64,000 bases of DNA, taken from Paraphysomonas bandaiensis. Its lineage: Eukaryota > Protista > Chrysophyceae. Every line of letters starts with the position of its first letter. Position 1 is the stretch's first letter. The DNA is taken from positions 242,055 to 306,054 of the forward strand of contig CBFFRP010000419.1 of assembly GCA_965644295.1 (NCBI GenBank). The letters are read 5' to 3'. The position numbers were made by a program, and so were the translations under genes. The notes under the pieces are model-generated. The model saw only the letters and a program-made list of their open reading frames with translations, searched no databases and was not told the DNA's origin. Positions 25,995-36,775 of the stretch are shown piece after piece.

Positions 25995-27821
25995 ATGGCT
26001 GTAGTTGAGAGACGCGTCCGTGACTGCAGAAAGACTTCGCATTTCTTAAATTTTGCTTCGAACACAACATCTCAAGGGGGCGAAGATGGTATATTGTCAG
26101 AGTTATTTCGCCTTATAGGAGTGTCAACTTCACCCTATTGTGTTGATGTTGGAGCATGGGATGGAAAACATTTAAGCAACACTTTTTGTCTCTTGTCCAC
26201 GCATGGTTGGGGCGGCCTTTTATGCGAAGCTGACCCAGTCAGACTAGACAGTCTCAGTCAACTTTATCGAAATCGACCTAATGTTGTATGCGTTAATAAA
26301 CTTGTCTCAACGGTTGGAGAATCATCTCTTGTTTATTTATTAAAGATGCACAATGTGAACAGAGATTTTGACTTTTTAAGTATCGACATAGACGGTGGTG
26401 ATTATCATTTGTGGCAGAGCTTGGGCGACTCGTATGCTCCCCGTGTTGTATGTATTGAATTCAATCCCACTATTCCCAACCACGTCGTATTTATACAAGA
26501 GAATGACAGTCGCGTGCAGCAGGGCTCGTCCCTTCTTGCCCTTGTTGAGTTGGGAAAGGTTCTAGCAGCTCAAGAGGGAGGTTATCAGCTTGTGTGCACG
26601 ACAACGTTTAACGCGATCTTCGTCAGATCGGATTTAATGAGCAAACTCCCAGCAGTTGATTACAGTATTGATTCTCTTCACTCGTCTTCAATGATTACAG
26701 ACATGTTCCAGACATACGATGGAGAGATTGTCTTGTGTGGCCCCAAGAAACTCATATGGCATCGTACAGGTATAAATGTACAAAAAATGCAGCCACTGAC
26801 GAAACGTCAGCGGTCATTTCCATATGCGCCTCCAAATTTTGAAGGTAAAGGATCACATCTGGAGCCGCTAGAAGGAGCATTGAGTGATATTGTGAGTAGT
26901 GTTAATTCGATTTACCACGCTGGTGCAGAGAGTATGAGTTCATATGTGCCCAAATTGGAGGGCCAGCTCACTACTCTGAGGAATGTCTGCAAGCACGGCC
27001 TTAAGGGCGGTAATGCTGTCTCAGATATAGCTATTGAAGCATTAATAAGCTCCGTATGCGTGGTTTCGAGAACTGTTAAGGTTCAACACTCTACGTATCC
27101 TGCTCTTACCTCAGGTTTTGTTGATTCATGTGTCCGGCATATTTCTGCGGTGTCTGCTCTGATAGAAGAGAGGGCTGATAAAGAACTCCACAATAAGAGT
27201 AGCAGTACATCCAGTGTGGAATTGTACAAACATGCGTTATTTCTCTCATCTCTGTATCCGATACACGCTATGGCACAATCTCATAAAATGCACTCTCGAA
27301 GGGTGAAAGACGCTTGCCGACTTGCTCTCAAGCTGAGCAAGTACCACGTGGGTCGTAGTGCAGATGGTGTCGGAAGTATCACAGAAGGGATGTTTTGGAT
27401 TTGCTATATGAGGTTAATGGAGAGTTCACAAGGCGCTGCAGGTGCTGATATTCGCAGAGAAATGTCACTCTGGAACAGAGCAATGTACAAACGTACCTCT
27501 GCTCTTGGGTCAACACTTCCAGTCTCTACTCTTGACGCTACGAATGTAGACCATGATGTAATTGACTTGAAGAAGCTAGGTAAATGGGAATTTGATGATA
27601 TGAATGATGAAGGTCTTAATCAAGAGTGGGCCATTATTGATCGGGCGTGCGGTCGGGTAAATCTCTATAACAACTTCAACGTGATCAAGAACAGAAATGA
27701 TATTATTAAGACTCTAGAGGCAGAATTGCGATGTTATAAAATATTCACATATGGATTGATGACGCTGTGCACTGTAGTAGCCGCGACATTAGGAGTACGA
27801 ATCTATAATGATAGAAAATAG
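25995..27821 (+). CDS. FkbM/Methyltransf_21-like SAM-dependent methyltransferase with helical extension and C-terminal TM anchor, single exon
   Basis: SQGGEDGIL...VDVGAWDGKHLSNT...GWGGLLCEAD...FDFLSIDIDGGDYHLW...PRVVCIEFNPT. Hydrophobic C-terminus IFTYGLMTLCTVVAATLGV. Confidence 0.8.
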   Translation: MAVVERRVRDCRKTSHFLNFASNTTSQGGEDGILSELFRLIGVSTSPYCVDVGAWDGKHLSNTFCLLSTHGWGGLLCEADPVRLDSLSQLYRNRPNVVCVNKLVSTVGESSLVYLLKMHNVNRDFDFLSIDIDGGDYHLWQSLGDSYAPRVVCIEFNPTIPNHVVFIQENDSRVQQGSSLLALVELGKVLAAQEGGYQLVCTTTFNAIFVRSDLMSKLPAVDYSIDSLHSSSMITDMFQTYDGEIVLCGPKKLIWHRTGINVQKMQPLTKRQRSFPYAPPNFEGKGSHLEPLEGALSDIVSSVNSIYHAGAESMSSYVPKLEGQLTTLRNVCKHGLKGGNAVSDIAIEALISSVCVVSRTVKVQHSTYPALTSGFVDSCVRHISAVSALIEERADKELHNKSSSTSSVELYKHALFLSSLYPIHAMAQSHKMHSRRVKDACRLALKLSKYHVGRSADGVGSITEGMFWICYMRLMESSQGAAGADIRREMSLWNRAMYKRTSALGSTLPVSTLDATNVDHDVIDLKKLGKWEFDDMNDEGLNQEWAIIDRACGRVNLYNNFNVIKNRNDIIKTLEAELRCYKIFTYGLMTLCTVVAATLGVRIYNDRK

Positions 27822-28117
27822 TGTATATCCAATGATGTCTTTTCTTGAGCAATCCAAATAGGAGATAAGAATATATTGTTGTATTGAGTTAAATATATTA
27901 ACTTGGAACATATGCATTGTGGTTATTTTTGTTTAAGGCTTATATGCAATATGCAACAAACTGGTCCGATGAGAAAGTCCTAAAGGTGTCAGAAACTTTA
28001 TCAATTCTCGGTGTTGAGTGTTTTACAGTTACAGTAACAAGCTATCGGTTTATGTGTTTATCTTATATACTATGGTCTCTCAATTGTATATGCTTAATCT
28101 TGTACATATTTTATGCA

Positions 28118-28483
28118 GGGGGTCTTCCCTTAGGATACGGCTCCACCAGGATCTGTGGGACAGGGTTTTGCATTAAGGTCCGAAGTGTACCGAGTACTAG
28201 ATGTGTGTTCTGTGAGGTGAGTGGAGTGGTGTGGAAGGTGTCGGTATTTCCTTGCATCGCTTAAACATCAGGCATAGGTGTAGTTGCCGGAGACGGCGTC
28301 TTTGTCGAGGACCAGATGTTTTCATGCAGTCCGGTGCTTTTTTCCTGCGTGCATGAGAGGTGGTGCATGTGGTTGCAGTGGATGGTAGTCCAGTCTCTGG
28401 TCGTCTTTGGACTCCTAGTAATCGTAGCACCCTTGGGCGTTTGTGTTTCGGGCGCGGTCGCGGGAGTAAACTAGGGGGTCCTT
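28118..28483 (-). mobile_element. LINE 3' fragment, close copy of 44305-44670
   Basis: Near-identical in reverse complement (e.g. the LRLLGVQRRPETGLPSTATT frame). Confidence 0.9.
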
Positions 28484-28865
28484 AAGTCGAGGTAATACCA
28501 AAACCTGGTAAAGCGATTTCACCAGGTTTTATATCTAAGTATCGAGTTATTATTTTACTGTAATTTTTGTAGCTGAGAGGTTAAAGATGAAGAAAAAGTG
28601 GGGTATCGTACAAAGAATAGCTTTATATTATGCTTGACGGAATAGCTTGAACTGTATAATATATGTGTGTAGTCGGTGACTTTTGTTGCTGTAAAACTGA
28701 AGTAATATGGAAGAAATTAGTAAAAAATATTATAAATAATACTTTTCACACTGTTATTAACTTCATAGTTACTTATTGTGCATATAGCTATACCCTTTTC
28801 CGACCATCACCAAAAATTTCACCAGGTTCTACATCAAAACCCAGGTTTTGGTATTACCTCGACTT
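28484..28865. mobile_element. MITE family A, copy 2
   Basis: 25-bp TIR aagtcgaggtaataccaaaacctgg / ccaggttttggtattacctcgactt. Ends match 4919-5329 while the interior differs. No TSD visible. Confidence 0.85.
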
Positions 28866-29464
28866 CATGAAATATGAAATAGGTAAAATGTGGTCTTGGG
28901 ATATAGACAGGAGTACGAGATCGTGACTATCTAAGTTCGTATTAAATTGATTGGTAGCAGAGATAACATAAAAATGTAGCGAATGTCAATGAATGATGGG
29001 AAATATTGATTAGAATTTACTGTACTTATATTTAACCATGGGCAATAAGTAGGCGATATCATCCCGCGCTCAAAATAATGAGGCAGCAGGTAGAAAAGCC
29101 CGAGTTTTAATATTTAGACAAGGGATGATACTAGGTTATCCTAGTATCTAGTATCTAGAATGTATAGCTATTGTAGCTTGCTTGCAGTCAAAGAAATATA
29201 AGTCCTCTGATTAACATTAAGATTTTAAATCAATGGCAGCTATATAATAAGTAAATGACATATGGACTAGACTAACTCAAGCCAATATACCCCCGAATTT
29301 GCATAACAGCTAACAGCTACAACAAATAATATATTCCTATATATATATATTAAATGTCTTACTTGTTAGCGATAGACGTGTCAGCACTGTGATACAAAAC
29401 TATATAAAGAACAAATGGGTACTAAATATCGAATATACACTAGGCTGCTACTCTACTATATTAC

Positions 29465-29940
29465 GATACGAAAGTTACTTGTGCGTCGCCGCAAGCACCA
29501 ACAGGTGCAATCCCTTTTGCTTATGAATGTAAGAGGTTAGTCAAAACCTTTGGATACGGGTCAGCTGTGTTGACATGTGGAATGATGTGAAGAGTTTACG
29601 TATCTTAGAAGTGCGGGTAAAGTCCCCATAGTTAGCCGATTTCCGGAAACGGGTTGCATTGGATTACTCTGGGGAGCTTGCTTGGGCGTAGAATGAAGTT
29701 TTAGTTGTCGTAAAAATAGTCTCCGGGGCTAGGATGGTAGACGAACAATATAATATTATGTAGAAAGTCGGTCCGTAGAAGAATTATGTACCACAGAGGG
29801 TAGAGCTGGAACACCTCTACTAGTCATTTCAAGCAGACTCAGAATGGGCGGTCTCTGGGGTTTTATTTCGCGAAGTTGTCGAGGACGAAGTCGGTTTGCC
29901 TGCTGGTAGGCGGTGGAGTGATATTGACTACCTCTGTGTC
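29465..29940 (-). mobile_element. Highly diverged LINE 3' relic plus shared tail
   Basis: ccgtatccaaagg (compare ccgtatcctaaggg at 44648) followed by tail gcacc..ttggtgcttgcggcgacgcacaag. Confidence 0.5.
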
Positions 29941-30089
29941 TGAGCTAATATACCCCTATATTATATCATAGAAAATAGTAATGATAGATAGTAGTATGTA
30001 TGTATATTATAGTGAATAATGTCTTTTCAGTAGCAAAAGTTTAAGAGTCTAAACTAATTTAGCATTGCAGTGTAACAAACTAGTACTTA

Positions 30090-30250
30090 AATCTGATATC
30101 CTACTATAATAATACTACGCTTCGAAAGCTGCTTGTGCGTCATCGAAAGCACCAAGGTGCAACCCCTTTCGGTCTATCACTCATCAAAGCAAACGCAGTG
30201 AGCAAGCAGAATGTTGATATAGCTGACACACCTCAGACTTCAGGGCATAA
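30090..30250 (-). repeat. Fragment of the short repeat family (tail and body)
   Basis: gctgcttgtgcgtc..aagcaccaaggtgc...ctatcactca..aaagcaa..tgttgatata matches 10040-10145. Confidence 0.75.
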
Positions 30251-31226
30251 TATATACATACAGTAATGTCTGTATATACGTAAGTACTGTATTATATTTG
30301 TATCTTCAAGCTAAATGTTGATTATATATATGGAAGATGACTTGGAGTATTGTAAGATCTCCTTTCGAAAGTTGATTCATCATTATTGTAATTTTTTCTC
30401 TACAAAAAATGTGTAATATATATATATGTATAATGAAGTCATAATATACATACATAATATTATGATTGTCAATATCATAATTAAAAGATAGAAGTGAGCG
30501 TTCTGTTGAGTCCAATACAAACCAAAAAAGCTTTTTTGAGAGAAAATGGGGATAACTGATTGTTCGGTGTCATTATTAAACCTTCTTATATGTATATCCA
30601 TTTGATTAAAGTAGTGCCAGTAGTTTCTACTAAATTTTGCAGAAGTTTTAACTTTATCAAAAATACAAAAAAAATTCAGTAGAGTCGATAGAATTTTTAA
30701 CTTAGTAATAATATCTGCAAACTTTAGTACACTCAGCCGCCATTTTAACTTTAATAGTAAGGTTTGCAAAATTTAATAAGAACTACTAGCACTATTTAGT
30801 TTAATTGCAGGAACGTTGTAAAATTTAGTATAGGCACTAACATATTTCCGATTGATTATTGAGCCTATTATATAAAGTTCAGTAGTATTCTTGTCGACTT
30901 AACTATCCTACAAAATATTTGTTTCCTATTTTTTATTATATCTATTTGTGAAAAATTAAGAGCTGTAGTTAAAGGTATTTGAATTATAACCGTTACTCAA
31001 CGATTACAGTAGTCGTGGAATGTATTATGAAAACCAACAATGATTATTGACTATTGGTCATTTAAGAATTAAGATCGTTGAGAAACGTTTATAGTAATTA
31101 TACTGGATAGACTCTTTATTATACTTGCATACACAATTGTGTGTTGTCATGTAAGACATGTCAACAACATGATAATATATTTTGTTCATATCAACCACAG
31201 CTCAACTTCCGTATCTTGAATTGTCA

Positions 31227-31643
31227 TATTGAAAGTCTTATTGAAATCTTTTTATTAGCAATAGGCGTTAAAAACCTGCACAAACTTAGTAGCTAGATAA
31301 ATGATGCTAGACAAACTAGTTAGACCTCTACCTGTAACAAATCAGTACACACTTTTTTATCCTACTATTTAACGCTACGGAAACTGCTTTACGTCGCCGC
31401 AAGCACCAAGGTGCGACCTCACTTCCGCTCGGAGTTCTTATGGTGAACATCCCGGATGCTTGACTTCAGCAGGCAGCCCAATATTCCGGTTGCCCCTTGT
31501 ACCACACAAGCATTCGGCTATGAGTGGGCAGAAGAATATCTGCTGACTATGTTTGCGGCTCACGTTAGTTTCCCGGATAAATCTATCCGGTACTTATCCC
31601 CCAGAACACCACGAAAAGGTGCGAGTCCGACTTTGTTGAGGGT
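31227..31643 (-). mobile_element. Short non-coding repeat (SINE/SIDE-like), best complete copy with head, body and LINE-shared tail
   Basis: Head matches 17670-17820. Tail matches LINE 3' end 44735-44840 and 47250-47437. Ends ...gcctattgctaataaaaag. Confidence 0.88.
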
Positions 31644-32269
31644 GAACTGTCATGATACAATACTTCAGTTTCACAGTTATAGCTATGTACTATGTAGTAT
31701 CTTTTACTACGTATTACTTTTTTTCACATTGTATTCAACGTATTCTAGAGTACTATCTTAGAGAACCATACAATGATAACTATTGTAGAAATAAAACTAT
31801 ACATTGGCTGTACCAGATGCATAGTGACGATCTAATAAAATGGTTGGTTTAGAAGAGATACAAAGAGTTGGTGAATGACAATGAACGATGTGTGATGTTT
31901 TCAAAGTTTTATAATTCTCAGATTTAAGGGATCATCCAAGTTTCATTACTGAATTAACCTACTAGTGATGTAATTTCCAACACGGATAATGCTATCTCTG
32001 TCACAAAGGATATACCGTATCGCTTAAGCGCTTATATGTAAGTTCATTGATGGTTGACACAATATAGAAAACTCTAACAAGTCAACACAATATACATGGC
32101 TACAACATAAATACATGGGTATAACACACAAAACCAAAATTTCAGCAAAAGAAGGCGTTTGTTTTATTACTATATACTACTGTTTAAGGCTGACAAATTC
32201 CTGTTTTTAGTTCACTACCTACAACACCACTTCTACATTGGGTAGCATTCCCTGCGCCAAACAGGATAT

Positions 32270-32643
32270 TCACTTCTCAGCCCATCCGGGATATATATCA
32301 TCAACAAGCTCAATATAAGCTTGCTCAGCGGCTTCCATATCCATTCCTTCACATTCTTTCCAAGCGTCCCTGACAATGTGTTCAAGAATATACGATAGAG
32401 CATACTTTGCGTACCATTTGGCCCTCTCCACCATGCTGAACATGCCTGGTCGTGATGTGTTGACATCTCCAATAGTCGCCTGCTTGTATAGACCATAGCT
32501 TCTAAGTTTCTACAATATATTTCAATTGTGTGCATAATTCCCTAGAAAGATGGTACCTGTTGGTCAGTCATTTTGATATCCTTAGGAAGGTCACGCAGAA
32601 ACTGCGAGGCCCTCTCAAAGTGCTCTTTCAACTCATTCGCCAT
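32270..32643 (-). CDS. ACBP: Acyl-CoA-binding protein, 3 exons
   Basis: MANELKEHFERASQFLRDLPKDIKMTDQQ|KLRSYGLYKQATIGDVNTSRPGMFSMVERAKW|DAWKECEGMDMEAAEQAYIELVDDIYPGWAEK*, with the LYKQAT and KWDAW motifs. Confidence 0.93.
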
Positions 32644-32971
32644 TACCTATTACTTTGTCAATAATGTAGCCGTATTGACAGTACGCACACCTTGTGTTTG
32701 TAAAAGAAAAGGGTGGTACTTGTTGTGGGCAATACACACAGCTCTCCACACTTCAATAGCAAAAAAAATGCTCCGCCGGAAAAAACTGAAAAACTTTTGA
32801 AGATATATTTTTCAACGTCCAACCAAATGTGAAAGAGCCTCGAAACTTACCACTGGTTTGCTATTACGAGAACTATCACGAAACAAAAAAATACAAGCTA
32901 GTGTGAATCTGCTCTTTCCAGAGCTCTGTGGTTACATACATCGTCTCTCATTCTTACTGTCACTTAATCCG

Positions 32972-33520
32972 ATGTCTATTCGTGGGGTGCGGCAACTGAA
33001 GCAACTGTTGGTTAGGTACAGTGACTATGACGGCAGCAGTCGGGGAGTCAGGTTGATTTTTGAGTTATTGTTTTTGGAATGATTGTAATCTTGAAATCGA
33101 AAGGGAGTGGATACGAACCGATCTCATAAATTTGGCCCGAAATAATCCTGATCTCGCTATTAAGACTGAAATTAAACGATGCGCCCATCCATTTCTTCGG
33201 GGATATTATGGTCAGTCTTCCGACACTGTGTTTGATGTCATAGTAACTGTAGATATACGCAGCAAATGGAAACGATAAAACTATATGCATCAAGAACCAG
33301 GACAACGATAGAATAACTTCATATTTTTATGATCTCAGAAATCAAGTTGGGAGGAAGGTTCGATTCGGCCTGTAGTTTCTGCGTATATAACTTACATTCT
33401 ACAATATAGGTTTTGCCTAGAAAGAATCGTGTTTTTTCCCATAAAGTGAGCCACCAAGGTGAATGGCACGAGAGAATGGATATTATTGATCTCAAATTTG
33501 ATGTCAAACATGTCTACTAA
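32972..33520 (+). CDS. MRPL43: Mitochondrial large ribosomal subunit protein mL43, 4 exons
   Basis: MSIRGVRQLKQLLVRYSDYDGSSRGVR|EWIRTDLINLARNNPD...HPFLRGYY|ANGNDKTICIKN...LRNQVGRK|...SHQGEW. Confidence 0.9.
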
Positions 33521-34682
33521 GTGCCGCATGATTACTGAATGGGTTTATGCGAAGTAATACAACGCGCAGTGAATGCATTGTACGACGCACTATCACTTGC
33601 TCGAAAACCAAAAGCACGCTTAGATATACACGTAATGCGTAATAATTATATATTTTTTTACATATTTGTGGACGATGTATAGAGCTTGATAAATGGTATG
33701 AGTAAGTGGTTATCGGTTATCCCCATTTCATCTGAAAAAAGCTTCTTTTTGACCTGAATTGGGCTCAGCAGAGCGCTCATATTAACACCGGCCAAATACA
33801 AACATTCAACTTCAATATTCGTCCAACAGAAACTCACTTCTATCTTGATTATGATATTGACAGTCATAGTATGTATATGAATTCATTATAATACACTAGT
33901 ACACTGCAATAGAGAAACCACAGCGATGAGCCAACTTTCGAAAGCAGATCATCAAGCACTCCAAGTCGACATCCATCCTTCATAATGTCAGTGCAAGCGA
34001 CCTATCTTCATAAACTGAACTTCGAAATAGCTTCAAGAATATTACAGAAGAGTTTAAGGTTTAAGTACTATATCTGATGATCTGATGTTGTAGTGGTGGT
34101 TAAGGGCTGTGGCATCCAGTTCTTCACGGTTTAGGTCACATCGTACTTATCAGGATATTGTGTGCCTCATATCATACACACATCATTCAATCAGTTGCAC
34201 TTAAGCGTATTGTATATAAACGGGGTGATGATGATGAAATTAAGGTAACAAGAAGCCTCTCGTGTGACATTCAACATTATATGTACGATTTTCAACACCC
34301 CGCAGTTGCTATGTTGTAGCTATTAGATATATTATGTAGAAGCTTGGGGTTTATTGTTTTGAGTTGATCTAGTGCAATTGCTATTCCCTAAGCATACACA
34401 GTATACATACATACACATGCATGCGTTTGCTGCAAATTAACGACAAATCTTGAGCATATATAAATTTCACCTAATCTCATAGTTCATTACAGTACCTAGT
34501 TCTCATTATTGCTTTCGCTTGTAACGGAAGAGCAATAACTATACATACATTGAATAAACTGATTATTACCCAACAGACCAATAGTACTCCAGCTACACAC
34601 TCTACTACTCTAGTACCACTACTTATTACCTGATACTAGCTGGGGTGGTACAGAAATGCGTGCACATAGCGGGTGTACATAA

Positions 34683-35136
34683 TCATATAACTGTGTTAGA
34701 TATGTACCTGTCATGCTGGGCTTCATCTGGTGAAATATTGGAGTTAGCTGCACTTCCAGTGCTTGTGGTAATCTCCGAAGGGCCCGGAGTCTCATCTTGT
34801 TCCCCATCGCTTCTTACAAACTTTGCATACGCCAGTCGGACACACTCTCCGCCCTCTTCGTAGGAAGAGGTCATGAAGGTGCCGTCAGCAGATATAACCT
34901 GGCAAGAGTAGGAAGTGCAAAAGGATATAAAGGATATAAAGGTAAAGGTTATATGTGCATTGTATGCACACAATACAAATCAGAATACGCCATGGCAATA
35001 TATGGTACGACCGCTACCGTTATTTTCGGGGCGTCCCTGTCAAAAGCACATATACACTTTCCCTCCAATCCTCTGACTTAAGCATAGCTCCACTCACTTC
35101 CGAAGTATTTGGGGACAAGGCCCACAGGCAATATAT
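34683..35136 (-). pseudogene. Orphan C-terminal fragment of a WIPI3/4 (ATG18/PROPPIN) gene with an in-frame stop
   Basis: ILPVGLVPKYFGSEWSYA*VRGLEGKCICAFDRDAPKIT|VISADGTFMTSSYEEGGECVRLAYAKF. TAA at 35078-35080. No upstream WD40 exons found. Confidence 0.75.
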
Positions 35137-35317
35137 CTGGGCACTATGAGTGAGACACCCACTTCCACTTTAATATACCAAGTGCGTATAATCACACAGA
35201 ACAAACGTCAATGATCTGATATTATCTCTTTTAGTTAAAAATGCGTATATTCACACTTAGTAATAATATATTATATACACACCATTTGAAACAATATGAG
35301 TTCTCATTTATTTCTTA

Positions 35318-35475
35318 ACTTAGTAACACTTACTTCTATTCACACTTAGTAACAACTTACTATACTTCACTTACTTCCTATTCTAATCAATAATATACTT
35401 AGTAACACTTACTTCTATTCACACTTAGTAACAACTTACTATACTTCACTTACTTCCTATTCTAATCAGTAATAT
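35318..35475. repeat. Tandem duplication, ~80 bp x2
   Basis: cttagtaacacttacttctattcacacttagtaacaacttactatacttcacttacttcctattctaatca occurs twice. Confidence 0.9.
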
Positions 35476-35483
35476 GACATATT

Positions 35484-35667
35484 AATCAGGGAACACCTAT
35501 TTCTTCTTACAGCAAGCAAGCTACTAATGGCTATACAATCTAATATTAAGTTTTCAACATTATGAGGATAAGCCACAATTTAGCCTAAGGATAAGGAGTA
35601 TCGTACCTTCCGAGTTTTAAAATTTAGACAAGGTTCGATACTCCTTATCCCTAGATTAAATTGTTGG
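35484..35667. repeat. Dispersed repeat with ~37-bp imperfect hairpin, related to 5410-5630
   Basis: ccacaatttagcctaaggataaggagtatcgtacctt ... aaggttcgatactccttatccctagattaaattgttgg. Confidence 0.65.
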
Positions 35668-35999
35668 TCTAAACTATGTCATCACACGTCATTAAAGTTC
35701 ATGTAATACTCTCTCTGAGTACTGTAAAATTAAAGAGATAGTAAGAAAACCTTAGGATTTAATTGCTCAAAACAGCAACGCTCAACACAGTAGCAAGTTT
35801 TACAAACATACCGAGTTGATACCACCTCCCAAGTGTGCTCATATCCACCTCCATTGCAAAATGAATTATTTCATAAAAACACGAACTCAACTAATACCTA
35901 CGCATATATTTATGCATTAAACCAACACAAAACCGCAGTGGGTTATCGGGTCATGCATGCATATGTACAACACACACTGCGAACACGGCTCAAGCCTGT

Positions 36000-36454
36000 T
36001 TAGTTCCCAGCTGGATTTTGAGGATTGTGTTTCAACAGATATGTAGCTAACCACTCAACAGGATTCGGGGGTCGTTCCTTAACAAGTGCCGACATACCAT
36101 CCAATAAAAGTGGAACTACAGTTTGATCTAAATATGCACGAATAGGTAGAGACTGCAAATTCAATTTATCTTGCGCCGCTTGCAGATCGGCCTCAGACTC
36201 CTTAACCTAATCCGATTTTAAACACACAAAGGTAGTGAGCCAGTGATAAATACCTCTCTCAAAGTGGCTTCGGGATTATTGTCCTTCGCTTTCTGTTCCT
36301 CTGCTTTGCTCTCGGCTGTTTGCTCTGGAGCCTCAGTGGGGGCAACAGGAGCGTCAGTGGCAGTTGGCTGCTCCGGTGTTTCCTAACACAGAATTTTTTT
36401 TAAAAATGCTACAATCTCTATGCTGCCTACCTGTTTCTCTGCGGTGTCAGCCAT
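36000..36454 (-). CDS. DPY30: Dpy-30 (COMPASS H3K4 methyltransferase subunit), 3 exons; missed by the ORF track
   Basis: Last exon ...[53 protein letters not shown]. Confidence 0.93.
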
Positions 36455-36775
36455 ATTCAATTCTCAAAGATGTTCAAAACTGAATTACGATATGCTTACA
36501 AGCAACTAATGCCTTTACAACAACTGGAACTTCGTTTTACACACTATTCATTTCGTATCTTGTGCAGTCTTTCAGTGCATCATGTTTTTCTCTGACAGAA
36601 AGGATTGCGTATCTTGTACAGTCATTTTCAGTGTCATCTGAATAGCGGTCGGGTGGTATTATCTGTGATTGGGATGGATTATGTGTTATGTGTCGATGAC
36701 AATACACATTCCTGTGTTGATAGTTTGCTTGCATCGAGTGGGAAACTCTCTCAATTTTAGCAGTGCGATATAGTC

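Noticed and set aside
35078-35080. TAA at a conserved Gln as a sign of a non-standard genetic code
   Set aside because: DPY30, MRPL43, the second cyclin and the gelsolin gene end in TAA at plausible positions, and long ORFs have no in-frame TAA/TAG. A C-to-T change in a pseudogene is simpler.
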